From the NCBI GenBank assembly GCA_963422375.2, contig OY729427.2, forward strand, positions 1,472,001-1,536,000: a stretch of 64,000 nt of DNA. Direction: 5' to 3'. Position 1 is the first letter of the stretch. Every line of letters starts with the position of its first letter. Below are positions 40,140 through 53,964 of the stretch, one piece after another. Position numbers and translations under genes: made by a program. The notes below the pieces were generated by a model. That model was not told the DNA's origin. It made no database searches and saw nothing but the letters and a program-made list of their open reading frames with translations. The DNA comes from Bryobacterales bacterium. Its GTDB lineage: Bacteria; Acidobacteriota; Terriglobia; Bryobacterales; UBA6623.

Positions 40140-40325
40140 CTACCAGCTGCTCTTCACGACGCCGGGCAGCTCGCCGCTCAGCGCCAGGTTGCGGAAGCAG
40201 ATGCGGCACAGCTCGAACTTGCGCATGTAGCCGCGCGGCCTGCCGCAGCGCCGGCAGCGGTTGCGATAGCGCACCTTGAACGGCAGTTGCTTGCGCTCGC
40301 GCGCCGTCTTCGCTTTCGTCGCCAT
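40140..40325 (-). CDS. rpsN: 30S ribosomal protein S14, short zinc-binding type Z
   Basis: RCRRCGR...CRICFR and [11 protein letters not shown]. Confidence 0.96.
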   Translation of the reverse strand: MATKAKTARERKQLPFKVRYRNRCRRCGRPRGYMRKFELCRICFRNLALSGELPGVVKSSW

Positions 40326-40352
40326 AGGCTCTCCCTCGATCCTCGCCCGCGC

Positions 40353-40988
40353 CTAGGCGCGGAACGGCATTCCCAGCAGCTTCAGCAGCGCGTGACCCTC
40401 CCGGTCAGTGCGCGCGGTCGTCATCACCGTCACGTTCATGCCCTTCATGGCCTCGACCTTGGTGTAGTCGATTTCCGGGAAGATCGTGTGCTCTTGGATG
40501 CCCAGCGTGTAGTTGCCGCGACCGTCCAGCTTGGGCGAGACACCTTGGAAGTCGCGCACGCGCGGCAGCGAGATCGCGATCAGGCGGTCCAGGAACTCCC
40601 ACATGCGCGTCCCCCGCAAGGTCACCGTGCAGCCGACCGCCATGCCGCCCCGCAGGTTGAAGCCTGCGATCGGGCGCTTGGCGCGCGTGACTACCGGCTT
40701 CTGGCCCGCGATCGCGGCCAGCTCCTGCACGGCGCTCTCGACGACCCTCTGGTTGAACGACGTCTTGCGCCCGCCGGCCTTGCGGTCGGCCTGCTTCCGC
40801 GCCTTGGCGTCCGCCTTCTTGCCCTTGCCGCCCTCGTCCTTCTTCAGGGCCAGCTTGCCGAAGCCGATGTTCAGCTTGATCGCCGCCAGCCTAGGCACGG
40901 CCATGGGCGAGCTGTAGCCGAACTGCGCCCGCAGCGCGGGCACCGCGTCCGACTCGTACTTCTCTCTCAGTCGCAGCCCCGCCATCAC
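40353..40988 (-). CDS. rplE: 50S ribosomal protein L5 with basic insertion
   Basis: [30 protein letters not shown] and GMPF. Confidence 0.96.
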   Translation of the reverse strand: MMAGLRLREKYESDAVPALRAQFGYSSPMAVPRLAAIKLNIGFGKLALKKDEGGKGKKADAKARKQADRKAGGRKTSFNQRVVESAVQELAAIAGQKPVVTRAKRPIAGFNLRGGMAVGCTVTLRGTRMWEFLDRLIAISLPRVRDFQGVSPKLDGRGNYTLGIQEHTIFPEIDYTKVEAMKGMNVTVMTTARTDREGHALLKLLGMPFRA

Positions 40989-41254
40989 TCGCCCGCCAGT
41001 CTCACGTTGGATAGGTCCAGCATCGACTCGCGCTCGGCGATGCCGCCCTTGATCTGCTTCTGCGGGTTGGGACGCACGTGCTTCTTGACCATGTTGGCGC
41101 CTTCCACCAGCAGCCGCCCGCGCTTGCGGTCGACCTGCAGGACGCGCCCGCGCTTGCCCTTGCTGCGACCGGCCAAGACCACCACCTCGTCGTCCTTGCG
41201 GATGCGGGTCTTGCGCGCCGCCCGCGGCTTGGGACGCTGCCGCGACACCGGCAT
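40985..41254 (-). CDS. rplX: 50S ribosomal protein L24 (short C-terminus)
   Basis: [22 protein letters not shown] motif, VEGAN.VKKH and SNV. Confidence 0.93.
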   Translation of the reverse strand: MPVSRQRPKPRAARKTRIRKDDEVVVLAGRSKGKRGRVLQVDRKRGRLLVEGANMVKKHVRPNPQKQIKGGIAERESMLDLSNVRLAGE

Positions 41255-41622
41255 CACAGCACCTCCGGGGCGAGCGAGACGATCTTCATGAAGCGCTTCT
41301 CGCGCAGCTCGCGGGCCACGGGCCCGAAGACGCGCGTGCCGACCGGCTCGCCGACCTCGTTCACCAGCACCGCCGCGTTCTCGTCGAAGCGGATGTAGGT
41401 GCCGTCCCTGCGCCGGGTCTCCTTGCGCATGCGCACGACGACCGCGCGCACCACGGAGCCCTTCTTGACGTTGGAGTCGGGCGTGGCCTCCTTGACCGAG
41501 GCCATCACGATGTCGCCCAGCCCGGCCTTGGCGCCGGTCGAGCCGCCGCGCGGCAGGATGCACATCAGCTTGCGGGCGCCCGAGTTGTCGGCCACCGCGA
41601 GCCGGGTCTGCATGCCAATCAT
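41254..41622 (-). CDS. rplN: 50S ribosomal protein L14
   Basis: [28 protein letters not shown] and SLAPEVL. Confidence 0.98.
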   Translation of the reverse strand: MIGMQTRLAVADNSGARKLMCILPRGGSTGAKAGLGDIVMASVKEATPDSNVKKGSVVRAVVVRMRKETRRRDGTYIRFDENAAVLVNEVGEPVGTRVFGPVARELREKRFMKIVSLAPEVL

Positions 41623-41646
41623 GCTGTCAGCCCCCTTCGCGCGCCG

Positions 41647-41952
41647 CTAGGCGCCCTTGCCCTTGCGCCGCCGGCGCACCTTGATCTCGACCTGCGTCGA
41701 CTTCAGCACGACCGCCTCGAGACGCCAGCGCTTGCGCCGGGACAGCGGGCGGCACTCCACGATGCGGACGCGGTCGCCCTTCCGGGCCGCCCCCTCCTCG
41801 TCGTGGGCCATGAACTTCTTCTTGCGCGTGATGTAGCGGCGGTAGAGAGGGTGCGGCACCCGCCGGCTCACCTCCACCACCGCGGTCTTCTGCGGCTTCG
41901 TAGACACCACCACGCCGATCTTGCGATTGCCGCGTCCCTGCTGCTCAGGCAT
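41647..41952 (-). CDS. rpsQ: 30S ribosomal protein S17
   Basis: GVVVS, HPLY, AHDE and GD.V.I.ECRPLS..KRW. Confidence 0.96.
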   Translation of the reverse strand: MPEQQGRGNRKIGVVVSTKPQKTAVVEVSRRVPHPLYRRYITRKKKFMAHDEEGAARKGDRVRIVECRPLSRRKRWRLEAVVLKSTQVEIKVRRRRKGKGA

Positions 41953-42163
41953 CGTCGCCTCCCCCGCCCGCGGCGGCGCGGGCCTTCTCGCCGGCCACGG
42001 TGAGAAGGCGCGCCAAGTCCTTGCGCGCGGCCCTGTACTTGCGGATCCCCTCGGCCTGGCCCATCGAGATCTGGAAGCGCAGCTTGAACAGCAGCTGGCG
42101 CGTCTCGGCTTCCTTGCGCTCGATCTCGGCGAGCGTCATCTCGCGGCCCTCCGCGGCCCTCAC
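41945..42163 (-). CDS. rpmC: 50S ribosomal protein L29
   Basis: LFKLRFQ..MGQ...RKDLAR.LT; GTGA overlap with rplP. Confidence 0.92.
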   Translation of the reverse strand: MRAAEGREMTLAEIERKEAETRQLLFKLRFQISMGQAEGIRKYRAARKDLARLLTVAGEKARAAAGGGGDDA

Positions 42164-42582
42164 AGCAGGCCTCCGTCGGAGCGGCTGACGAACCTGACCG
42201 GAATCGGCAGCTTCTGCGCGGCGAGATGCATCGCCCGCCGGGCGACCTGCTCGTCGACGCCCTCGACCTCGAACAGCATGCGGCCGGGCTTGACGACGGC
42301 GACCCACTGCTCGGGCGCGCCCTTGCCCTTGCCCATGCGCGTCTCGGCGGGCTTCTTGCTGATGGCCTTGTCCGGGAAGATGCGGATCCACAGCTTGCCT
42401 CCGCGCTTGACGCGCCGGCTGATGGCGACGCGCGCGGCCTCGATCTGCCGGTCGGTGATCCACGCGGCCTCGAGCGCCTTCATGCCGAAGTCGCCGAAGT
42501 CGAGGCCCGAGCCGCGCCAGGCCTTGCCTCGGCGCCGGCCGCGCTGCATCTTGCGGTAGCGGGTCTTCTTGGGCATCAGCAC
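42160..42582 (-). CDS. rplP: 50S ribosomal protein L16
   Basis: [22 protein letters not shown] and RMGKGKG. Confidence 0.97.
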   Translation of the reverse strand: MLMPKKTRYRKMQRGRRRGKAWRGSGLDFGDFGMKALEAAWITDRQIEAARVAISRRVKRGGKLWIRIFPDKAISKKPAETRMGKGKGAPEQWVAVVKPGRMLFEVEGVDEQVARRAMHLAAQKLPIPVRFVSRSDGGLL

Positions 42583-42586
42583 GGCG

Positions 42587-43459
42587 CTAGCCCTCCTCGC
42601 TCGCGCCGGACTTGGCGCCGACGGGCGCCTCCCCGGCCAGGGGCGGGCGGAAGCCCGCGTCGCGGTCCTGCGGAGCGCCGGACTGTCGACGGGCCTGCTC
42701 GGCCGGCACCGCCGCCGCCTGCTCGGCCGGGCGGCGCAGGCGCTCGCGCTCGCGCTCGGCCACCGAGCGCGCCTCGCGGCGCCGGGCCGGCTCGGGCTCC
42801 TCGCGCCCGCTGCGCCGCAGGGCAGCACCGTGCGGGTCGATGATCTCGCCCTTGTAGATCCAGCACTTGACGCCGAGCACGCCGTAGGTCGTGAACGCCT
42901 GGCAGAACCCGTAGTCGATGTCCGCCCGAAGGGTCTGCAGCGGCAGGCGCCCGTGCAGGTGCCACTCGCTGCGGGCGATCATCTTGCCGTTGAGGCGGCC
43001 GGCCACCCAGATCTTGACGCCCTTGCAGCCGAAGCGCTGGGCGAACTCGACCGCCTTGCGCATGGCGCGGCGGAAGCTGACCCGCTTCTCGATCTGCACG
43101 GCGACCGACTCGGCCACGAGCTGGGCGTCGAGCTCGGGCCGGTGGACCTCGCGGATGTCGATGTAGATGTCGCGCTTGGTCTTGCTCTGCAGCTCGGCCT
43201 TGAGCTTCTCGATCTCGGCTCCGCGCTTGCCGATGATCATGCCCGGGCGGGCGGTGCGGATCGCGATGCGCAGCTTGTTGCCGGGACGCTCGAGCTCGAT
43301 GGAGCTGATCCCGGCGTCCTTGAGACGCTTGCGCAAGTCCTCTTTCAGGTCGATGTCCTCGTTAATCAGGTCGGCGTAGCCCTTCTGGGCGAACCAGCGC
43401 GAGCGCCAGACCTTCGTGTAGCCGAGGCGGAAGCCGTAGGGATGTACCTTTTGACCCAT
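42587..43459 (-). CDS. rpsC: 30S ribosomal protein S3 with long C-terminal tail
   Basis: [34 protein letters not shown] and [10 protein letters not shown]. Confidence 0.97.
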   Translation of the reverse strand: MGQKVHPYGFRLGYTKVWRSRWFAQKGYADLINEDIDLKEDLRKRLKDAGISSIELERPGNKLRIAIRTARPGMIIGKRGAEIEKLKAELQSKTKRDIYIDIREVHRPELDAQLVAESVAVQIEKRVSFRRAMRKAVEFAQRFGCKGVKIWVAGRLNGKMIARSEWHLHGRLPLQTLRADIDYGFCQAFTTYGVLGVKCWIYKGEIIDPHGAALRRSGREEPEPARRREARSVAERERERLRRPAEQAAAVPAEQARRQSGAPQDRDAGFRPPLAGEAPVGAKSGASEEG

Positions 43460-43489
43460 GCCGTGTCCTTTGCGTGCCCCTTCCCCGAA

Positions 43490-43840
43490 CTAGTCCTCGT
43501 CGAGCCCGGCCGCGTCGTCCGAGAGCGTCACCACGATATGGGCGAGGCGGTGGACGTAGGGAGCGGAGCGACCGCGGGCCGACGCCCGCATGCGCTTCAT
43601 GCGCGGGCCCTCGTTGACGACGATCGCGGCAACGACCATCTCGTCGACGTCCCCGCCCAGGTCCTTGGCGTTCGCCAGGGCGGACTGCACCACCTTGCGG
43701 ATCTGGCCGGCGGCGCGCTTGTTGGTGCGGTCAAGCAGCTCCAGCGCCGCTTCCGCTTGCAGACCGCGGACCAAGTCCGCGACCAGGCGCGCCTTCTGCG
43801 GGGACACGCGCACGTAGTTCCACTTCGCGACGGCCTGCAT
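43490..43840 (-). CDS. rplV: 50S ribosomal protein L22
   Basis: SPQKARLVADLVRG, SALANA and ARGR...HI. Confidence 0.96.
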   Translation of the reverse strand: MQAVAKWNYVRVSPQKARLVADLVRGLQAEAALELLDRTNKRAAGQIRKVVQSALANAKDLGGDVDEMVVAAIVVNEGPRMKRMRASARGRSAPYVHRLAHIVVTLSDDAAGLDED

Positions 43841-43843
43841 CGC

Positions 43844-44125
43844 CTACGCCCCCCGTCCCGACTTGGCGCTGCCCGCGTGCCCGCGGAAGGTGCGCGTCAT
43901 GGCGAACTCGCCCAGCTTGTGCCCGACCATGTTCTCGGTGATGAACACGGGAATGAACTTGCGCCCGTTATGCACGGCGATCGTGTGGCTGACCCATTCG
44001 GGCAGCACCGTCGACCGGCGCGACCAAGTCTTGATCACGCGCTTCTGGCCGGAAGCGTTCATCGCCTCCACCTTGCGGTGCAGGTGCTCGTCGTAGAACG
44101 GACCCTTGCGAAGAGAACGACCCAT
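43844..44125 (-). CDS. rpsS: 30S ribosomal protein S19
   Basis: [20 protein letters not shown] and MVGHKLGEF. Confidence 0.97.
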   Translation of the reverse strand: MGRSLRKGPFYDEHLHRKVEAMNASGQKRVIKTWSRRSTVLPEWVSHTIAVHNGRKFIPVFITENMVGHKLGEFAMTRTFRGHAGSAKSGRGA

Positions 44126-44136
44126 CTCGATGCCTC

Positions 44137-44973
44137 TCAGCCCTTCTTCTTGCGCCCGCGACGCGACACGATGTAGCGATCGGAGCGGGTGTTGCGCCGC
44201 GTCTTGTAGCCGCGCGTGGGCTTGCCCCACGGGCTGACCGGATGGCGCCCGCCGGAGGTCCGCCCCTCGCCGCCGCCGTGCGGGTGATCGACGGGATTCA
44301 TCGTCACGCCGCGGTTGTGCGGGCGCCGCCCGAGCCAGCGGCTGCGGCCGGCCTTGCCGAGATCCACGTTGCCGTGGTCCACGTTGCCGACGCGACCCAC
44401 TGTCGCGATGCAGCCTTCCGGCACGCGCCGCACCTCGCCGGACGGCAGGCGCAGCAGGGCGTAGCCTCCCTCGCGCGAGACCAGGCGGATTTCCGCGCCG
44501 GCGGCGCGCGCCATCTGGCCCCCCTTGCCCGGCCGCAGCTCGACGTTATGCACGACCGTGCCCGGCGGGATGCGCCGCAGCGGCAGGGCGTTGCCCACCA
44601 GGATGTCGGCGTCCTCGCCGGAAACGACCTGCATGCCCACCGCGAGGCCGACGGGCTGCAGGATGTAGCGCTTGTCGCCGTCCGCGTAGTGCAGCAGGGC
44701 GATGTTCGCGGAGCGATTGGGGTCGTACTCGACCGAGGCCACCTTGGCGGGCACGCCGTGCTTCTGCCGCTTGAAATCGATCAGGCGGTACTTGCGCTTG
44801 GCCCCGCCGCCGCGGAAGCGGACGCACACGCGCCCCTTGTTGTTGCGGCCGCCGTGCTTGTGCCGGCCCTTGGCGAGCGCCTTTTCCGGACGGTCCCGCG
44901 TGAGCTCCTCCCGCGTCGTGACGGTCTGGAAGCGCCGCGTCGGCGTCGTCGGCCGGTAGGTCTTGATCGGCAT
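44137..44973 (-). CDS. rplB: 50S ribosomal protein L2
   Basis: [15 protein letters not shown] and [13 protein letters not shown]. Confidence 0.98.
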   Translation of the reverse strand: MPIKTYRPTTPTRRFQTVTTREELTRDRPEKALAKGRHKHGGRNNKGRVCVRFRGGGAKRKYRLIDFKRQKHGVPAKVASVEYDPNRSANIALLHYADGDKRYILQPVGLAVGMQVVSGEDADILVGNALPLRRIPPGTVVHNVELRPGKGGQMARAAGAEIRLVSREGGYALLRLPSGEVRRVPEGCIATVGRVGNVDHGNVDLGKAGRSRWLGRRPHNRGVTMNPVDHPHGGGEGRTSGGRHPVSPWGKPTRGYKTRRNTRSDRYIVSRRGRKKKG

Positions 44974-45000
44974 CGCTGGCTATCCCCGGATTCCCTCTCG

Positions 45001-45288
45001 CTAGACCTGCGTGTACTCCACGGCCCGCTCGCCTTCCCGGAGCGTGACCCAAGCCTTCTTCCAGCTCGGGCGGCGTCCCCGGTAGCGTCCCTGGCGGCGC
45101 ATCTTGCCGAGGTAACGGGCGGTGCGCACGCTCTCGATGTCGACTTGGAAGATGGAACGCACGGCGTTGCGCACGTCCGTCTTGGTGGCCTTGGGATTGA
45201 CCCGGAAGCAGAGCGTGCGCTCCTCGGCGCGCCCCGCCTCGGCCTTCTCGGTGACGACCGGGCCGAGGATGACTTCGTACGGGCTCAC
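45001..45288 (-). CDS. rplW: 50S ribosomal protein L23
   Basis: PVVTEKA, F.V...ATK and WKKA.VTL..G. Confidence 0.95.
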   Translation of the reverse strand: MSPYEVILGPVVTEKAEAGRAEERTLCFRVNPKATKTDVRNAVRSIFQVDIESVRTARYLGKMRRQGRYRGRRPSWKKAWVTLREGERAVEYTQV

Positions 45289-45908
45289 GCGAGCACCTCC
45301 GAACACGTGCGGGCGGCCTCGGCGGAGAGCAGCAGGCGCTCGTGCTGCAGCACCGTGTAGGGGTGCAGGTCGCGGCTCGCGACCAGCCGCACGCCCGGCA
45401 GGTTGCGACTGGCGAGCTCGAGATTGCGGTTGCCGCCGTTGTCGACCACCAGCACGCTGCCGGCGGCGCCGAGGGCCTCGAGGGCGCCGCGGAAGTCGCG
45501 GGTCCTGTGGCTCTCCAGCGCGAAGTCCCGGACCACGGTGACCCGGCCGTCGGCCAGGCTGGCCGAGAGCGCCGAGCGCAGCGCGGCGAGCAGCATCTTG
45601 CGCGGCAGCTTGCGGGCATGGCTGCGCGGCGCCGGGCCGTGCACGGTCCCGCCGCCGCGCCACACCGGCGAGCGCCGGGAGCCGGCGCGCGCGCGCCCGG
45701 TCCCCTTCTGGCGCCAGGGCTTGCGCCCCGAGCCCGACACCTCGGCCCGGCCCTTGACCTTGTGCGTGCCGGCCCGGAGGGTGGCGAGGTACGCCAGGAC
45801 CGCCTGGTGGACCAGGCTCTCGTTGACCGGCGCGCCGAAGACGGCGTCGGCCAGATCGAGATCATCCACTTTCTCGTTGCGGAGATCGACTACTTCCACG
45901 GTCGGCAT
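45285..45908 (-). CDS. rplD: 50S ribosomal protein L4
   Basis: RAEVSGSGRKPWRQKGTGRAR, WRGGG and RNLPGV. Confidence 0.97.
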   Translation of the reverse strand: MPTVEVVDLRNEKVDDLDLADAVFGAPVNESLVHQAVLAYLATLRAGTHKVKGRAEVSGSGRKPWRQKGTGRARAGSRRSPVWRGGGTVHGPAPRSHARKLPRKMLLAALRSALSASLADGRVTVVRDFALESHRTRDFRGALEALGAAGSVLVVDNGGNRNLELASRNLPGVRLVASRDLHPYTVLQHERLLLSAEAARTCSEVLA

Positions 45909-45913
45909 GGCAA

Positions 45914-46543
45914 CTACCTCGCTCTGCGGATCGCGACGTACCCGCCCGCGGCGCCGGGCACCGCGCCCCGCACCAGCATGACGTTGTCGTCGGCTCGCAC
46001 GCCGACGATCTCGAGGCCGCGCGCGGTGACGCGCTTGCCGCCCATGCGGCCGGGCAGGCGCACGCCCTTGAACACGCGCGCGGGGTAGGCGCTCTGGCCG
46101 ATCGACCCGGGCGCCCGGTGGAACATCGAGCCGTGCGTGGCCCGCCCGCCGGCAAAGTTATGCCGCTTGACGACGCCCTGGAAGCCCTTGCCCTTGCTCA
46201 CGCCGGTCACGTCAACCCTCTCGCTGGGCCGGAAATGCTCGGCCAGGATCCGGTCGCCGGGCTGGTACGCGTCCCCGCCCGCCTCGAGCCGGAACTCCCG
46301 CAGGAACCGCGCCGGCTCCACGCCGGCCTTGGCGAAGTGCCCCCGCCGGGGCTTGTTCACCAGCTTGTCGCGCATGAAGTCGACCAGCGCGACCTGGATG
46401 GCCTCGTAGCCGTCCAAGTCGGCGCTCTTGCGCTGCACGACGACGCACGGGCCGGCCTGCAGCACCGTGACGGGGACGACGCGGCCTTCCTCGTCGAAGA
46501 TCTGCGTCATCCCGATTTTCTTGCCTAGAATGCCGGGCGCCAT
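45914..46543 (-). CDS. rplC: 50S ribosomal protein L3
   Basis: [30 protein letters not shown] and GAVPG. Confidence 0.97.
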   Translation of the reverse strand: MAPGILGKKIGMTQIFDEEGRVVPVTVLQAGPCVVVQRKSADLDGYEAIQVALVDFMRDKLVNKPRRGHFAKAGVEPARFLREFRLEAGGDAYQPGDRILAEHFRPSERVDVTGVSKGKGFQGVVKRHNFAGGRATHGSMFHRAPGSIGQSAYPARVFKGVRLPGRMGGKRVTARGLEIVGVRADDNVMLVRGAVPGAAGGYVAIRRAR

Positions 46544-46582
46544 CGTGCCATGCCCTCCAGAATCCGCTCCGCTCGCGCCCGG

Positions 46583-46900
<318 letters not shown>

Positions 46901-46930
46901 CGCTGCGTGTGTCCTTCCGAGGAGCCGTGC

Positions 46931-48118
<1,188 letters not shown>

Positions 48119-48156
48119 CGTCTTCCTGGTCCCTTGCGATTCCTGCCGCGACGGTC

Positions 48157-50244
<2,088 letters not shown>

Positions 50245-50272
50245 CGGACTGTCCTCGTGAACCGAGCGAGCG

Positions 50273-50743
50273 CTACCAGCGAAAATGCGCGAAGGCCTTG
50301 TTGGCCTCCGCCATCCGGTGGACGTCGTCCTTCTTCTTGATCGTCGTGCCGCGGCCCTGGGCCGCCTCGAGCAGTTCCGTGCCCAAGCGGTCGGCCATGC
50401 GGTTCTCGCTGCGGCCGCGCGCGTTCGAGATCAGCCAGCGCAGCGCCAAGGACTGGCGGCGGTTGGGGCGGACCTCGATCGGGACCTGGTAGTTCGCGCC
50501 GCCCACGCGCCGCGACTTGACCTCAACCACCGGCTTGGCGTTCTCGACGGCTTTCTTGAAGACCGGCAGGGGGTCGTCGCCCGTGCGGGCGCGGATCCGG
50601 TCCATGGCGCCGTAGAAGATCCGCTCGGAGACCGACTTCTTGCCGTCCCACATCATGCAGTTGATGAACTTCGACACCAGCGTCGAGTTGTAAACGGGAT
50701 CCGGCGAGGGCTCCCGGGCGGGTACGTCTCGTCTGCGCGGCAT
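50273..50743 (-). CDS. rpsG: 30S ribosomal protein S7
   Basis: [21 protein letters not shown] and [15 protein letters not shown]. Confidence 0.98.
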   Translation of the reverse strand: MPRRRDVPAREPSPDPVYNSTLVSKFINCMMWDGKKSVSERIFYGAMDRIRARTGDDPLPVFKKAVENAKPVVEVKSRRVGGANYQVPIEVRPNRRQSLALRWLISNARGRSENRMADRLGTELLEAAQGRGTTIKKKDDVHRMAEANKAFAHFRW

Positions 50744-50765
50744 GGCTGCGAATGGCCCTCGCTGG

Positions 50766-51140
50766 CTACTTCTTGGGACGCTTGGCGCCGTACTTGCTGC
50801 GGGCCTGGCGCCGGTCCTCGACGCCGGAGGCGTCCAAGGTGCCGCGCACCACGTGATAGCGGACTCCCGGCAGGTCCTTGACGCGCCCACCGCGGATGAG
50901 CACGATCGAGTGCTCCTGCAGGTTGTGGCCGACGCCGGGGATGTAGGTCGTGACCTCGATGCTGTTGGTCAGGCGGACGCGCGCGACCTTGCGCAGCGCG
51001 GAGTTGGGCTTCTTGGGGGTCACGGTGTAGACGCGCGTGCAGACGCCGCGCTTCTGAGGGCACTTCTGCAGCGCTGGCGACGAAGTCTTGAACTTCGGCG
51101 CCTTGCGCCCCTTGCGAACCAGCTGACTGAACGTCGGCAC
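50766..51140 (-). CDS. rpsL: 30S ribosomal protein S12
   Basis: [19 protein letters not shown] and [13 protein letters not shown] start. Confidence 0.98.
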   Translation of the reverse strand: MPTFSQLVRKGRKAPKFKTSSPALQKCPQKRGVCTRVYTVTPKKPNSALRKVARVRLTNSIEVTTYIPGVGHNLQEHSIVLIRGGRVKDLPGVRYHVVRGTLDASGVEDRRQARSKYGAKRPKK

Positions 51141-51424
51141 GATGCTGCCCCTTCTCCCTGCGATCTCAACGCACGCGACCGCCGCCGCTCGCACCCGCCC
51201 GCAGGCACGCACGAACCCAGACCGTCGCACACTCTCCCCAGAACCCCGCTGCCCCAGCCATGGAACCCCTCCGCGAGAGGCCTCTTCGGCTGCGGGCCGC
51301 ATTGGGCAACCCCTTGCGAACCCCTTCGGGCTCCCACTCGACTGCCAGCCCACCGCCGGGCAAGCCCAAGACCGCCTCCCGGTTCCACGGAAGGCGGACA
51401 GACTGCTTACCGTTACGTCACCCT

Positions 51425-51454
51425 AGCATAGACGATCACGCCGCACACTGTCAA
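51425..51454 (-). promoter_or_regulatory. Sigma70-type promoter of the str/S10 superoperon
   Basis: Minus strand TTGACA (51454-51449), 18-nt spacer, TATGCT (51430-51425); about 280 nt upstream of rpsL. Confidence 0.75.
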
Positions 51455-51769
51455 GGCGAGGCCCGGGAGAGCGCCCGGCTCCCCGAATTCCCAGTCCGAT
51501 CTGCGACGCCGACCTGGATCCACTATAGCGCAATCCGATGACCGGCCGCAACGGCTCGCTCGGCAAGGCGAGCCGGGACCGGAGGCTGTTCAGACCACGC
51601 CCGGGCGGCTCGGCCGTCCGGAACCGCCTGGCGCGCCCGAGCCGGACTGTTCGGCGGCCGTGCTGCCGCGACAGCCCGGCTCGGCCGTTCTTGGCGCGCC
51701 GACGGGACTCGGAAGACCTGGCTGCCCGGCTCGAGCGAGTCACGTCGTCCCCACCGCCGCTCCGGGCGG

Positions 51770-52264
51770 ATCCCCGCATCGAAGGCCTGGTGTCGACCGG
51801 ATCCTGCGGCCGCCGCCTGCCGCGCAAGCCGATCGCCGGCATCCAGGAGACGGTGCCGGCCCTGCCGACGTCGAGCCGCACCGAGCTCGACCACACGATC
51901 TGCGAGCACCCCAGCTGGATAACACCGCCGGGGCACAACTGGATAACACCGCCGGGGCACAACCGTGTCCACCCGGCGCTCGGTCAACCGGCGCCCCCAA
52001 GCCGAGGCGGCCGAATCCGAGCTCGCCGCTCTCCCTGCCGGCGACGCGGTCGTCTACGACCGGGCTACCGCTCCGCGGGCCTGCCGCGACGACATTGCCA
52101 CTCCGGTGGCGGCGAGCTCCGGCCTACGGCACTGCCACGCCGACGGCAGCGGCCACACTCCACCGGCGATCACGCTCTTGGACCGCGAGCGCTACGCCCT
52201 CGCCGAGCTGGCGTTGCTCGACCCCGATCTCGACGACGCAACCGCTATCCGGAAGCGGCACTGA
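51770..52264 (+). pseudogene. Degenerate transposase relic (IS4-family / DUF4338-associated type)
   Basis: CGRRL.RK.IAGIQETV.....SRTELDHTICEH.SWITP resembles the N-terminus of DUF4338/IS4-linked proteins. GDAVVYDR and TLLDRERY.LAELA in another frame resemble IS4 DDE segments. Recognised from memory only. Confidence 0.55.
51915..51962. repeat. Perfect 24-bp tandem duplication CTGGATAACACCGCCGGGGCACAA x2
   Basis: Directly visible; duplicates WITPPGHN in the relic frame. Confidence 0.95.
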
Positions 52265-52362
52265 CGGCTGCCGCCCGGTCCCGGGCGAGCGCCGAGAGGC
52301 CTGCGCGTCCGGCAAACTCCGGGCCCGCCCCGCACGCCGGCGCGCCCGCACAGGCGCCGGTG

Positions 52363-53004
52363 CTATTCCTCGGCGTGACCGTCGACAACGATTCCAACCA
52401 CCGTGTCGGCGACGGCCAAGTCCAGCACCCAGTGCTCGTAATCGTTCTCCCAGAGATTCGGCCCCTGGTCGCCCTCGGGCAGCTCGAGCCGCGCCACGGT
52501 CGGGTGGGGGTTGCCCACCTCCGCGCTCAGCTCGACGATCCCGTCGAAGTCGTAGTTCTTCGCTATCTCGGAATCCTTCGCCACCGGGCAGAGGAGCGCG
52601 AAGTCCCGGCTGGGGGCGACGCCCATGTGATTGCCGTCTTCCGGATGCAGGCCGAACCGGATCGTGTACACGCCGGGCGGCACCGACTGCTCGCGGAAGT
52701 CGGAGGCCTTCGCGGGGAATTCCAGCACGCCCAGGAAGGCGCCTTCGGGGACGTCGTCGAAGCGCACGCCGAATCCGCCCGCCGGCTCGCCCTCGAAGGG
52801 AACGCTGCGCATCCAGAACCGCGCGACCACCGTGTCGCCGACCTTCACGCCCACGCCTTCTTCCACAACGGCCTCGCGGGTCGCGGCGGGGACCGAATCG
52901 GGCGGCGCGCCCACGGGCGAGGCCGTGTACTCCTGGGCCTGCGCCAAGGGCGCAGCCGCCAGCACGGCGGCGAGAGCCGCACCATAGGCGCGCATGCTTC
53001 GCAT
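52363..53004 (-). CDS. Hypothetical secreted protein
   Basis: Signal peptide ending AQA; DFREQ.VPPGVYT.R...HPEDGNHMGVAP.RDF.LL and HP motifs; typical codon bias. Start 53004 or 52995. Confidence 0.8.
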   Translation of the reverse strand: MRSMRAYGAALAAVLAAAPLAQAQEYTASPVGAPPDSVPAATREAVVEEGVGVKVGDTVVARFWMRSVPFEGEPAGGFGVRFDDVPEGAFLGVLEFPAKASDFREQSVPPGVYTIRFGLHPEDGNHMGVAPSRDFALLCPVAKDSEIAKNYDFDGIVELSAEVGNPHPTVARLELPEGDQGPNLWENDYEHWVLDLAVADTVVGIVVDGHAEE

Positions 53005-53135
53005 TCGAAGTCTCCTCTCCGGTGTGTCGCAGGGCCGACGAACGGTCGGACGCCTGCAACACGCCCCCCGCCTCACGCCGGGCGGCGACGGTCCGCCCGG
53101 GCGAGGGCGCTCAAGCCCCTGCAGGCAGTCGGCCC

Positions 53136-53831
53136 TCAGATGCCGCTCGCCTTGAACGTGCCCAAGTAGGCGCTCGACCGACGGTACTCGCGCAGCTTGT
53201 GGCCCAAGCCGTCGCCGCGAAACGCCTGCTCGACCGCGAAGGCCGGCATGGCGTGATCCAGCGCCACCAGGGGCTGGTAGTAGATGTCGTCGAGATGGCA
53301 GAGCGAATCCGCCTCGCGGATCTCCCGGGTCTCGAGAGAGACGATCTCGCCCGCCCGCAGGGACGCGACGCGATCATGCATGTTGCCGTGGAAGTCGATC
53401 TCGATCGGGGCGGTGTCCGTGTGGACGACGTTCGCCACCAACTCGCCCGCCTGGGACTTCACGAACGCCGCGAGGGCGCCGCGCTGGACGACCGAGGTGC
53501 TCTCGTCGAAGATGAGCATCGCCTTGGCAGGCAGCGGATCCCCGAAGGGATTCCCGATCGTGGACGACGCGTTCACGACGGCCACCACGCGGGCTCCGGC
53601 CAGAGGCACGCCCTTGTAGCTGCCCTGCTCGATGTCCCAGGCCATCACGGCCATATCGCCCATGATCCCGACCTCGCTGTTGGCGAAGCAGTGGGACGCG
53701 TAGATCTCGGCGTTCCGGGATTCGATGTAGCTGCCGCGGATCTCCGGTCCCGCCAAGGTGGCGCCGAACGCGGCGCCGGTCGCCAAGGTGACGCAAAGCA
53801 GCGCGAGGCTGGCCGAGCGGATGGTTCTCAT
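53136..53831 (-). CDS. DUF1326-like secreted protein
   Basis: Signal peptide; IRGSYIESRNAEIY..HCFANSE, AW.I..G...GVPL.G and CH...YYQPL. Confidence 0.65.
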   Translation of the reverse strand: MRTIRSASLALLCVTLATGAAFGATLAGPEIRGSYIESRNAEIYASHCFANSEVGIMGDMAVMAWDIEQGSYKGVPLAGARVVAVVNASSTIGNPFGDPLPAKAMLIFDESTSVVQRGALAAFVKSQAGELVANVVHTDTAPIEIDFHGNMHDRVASLRAGEIVSLETREIREADSLCHLDDIYYQPLVALDHAMPAFAVEQAFRGDGLGHKLREYRRSSAYLGTFKASGI

Positions 53832-53964
53832 GAGTTGTACTCCTTCTGCGTGCGCCTCCGCCAGAGCGAAGACGTGCCTAGCGCCATTGTACACAACGGA
53901 GGCAAACGCCTCGCAAGAGACGCGCTCTCGTTGCGGGGATCTCGGGCCGGAAGGGCGGTCTCGT

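Noticed and set aside
50766..51140. Streptomycin-resistance allele in rpsL
   Set aside because: TPKKPNS and RVKDLPG motifs are wild-type.
51915..51962. CRISPR-like repeat
   Set aside because: Two directly abutting copies, no spacer and no cas genes.
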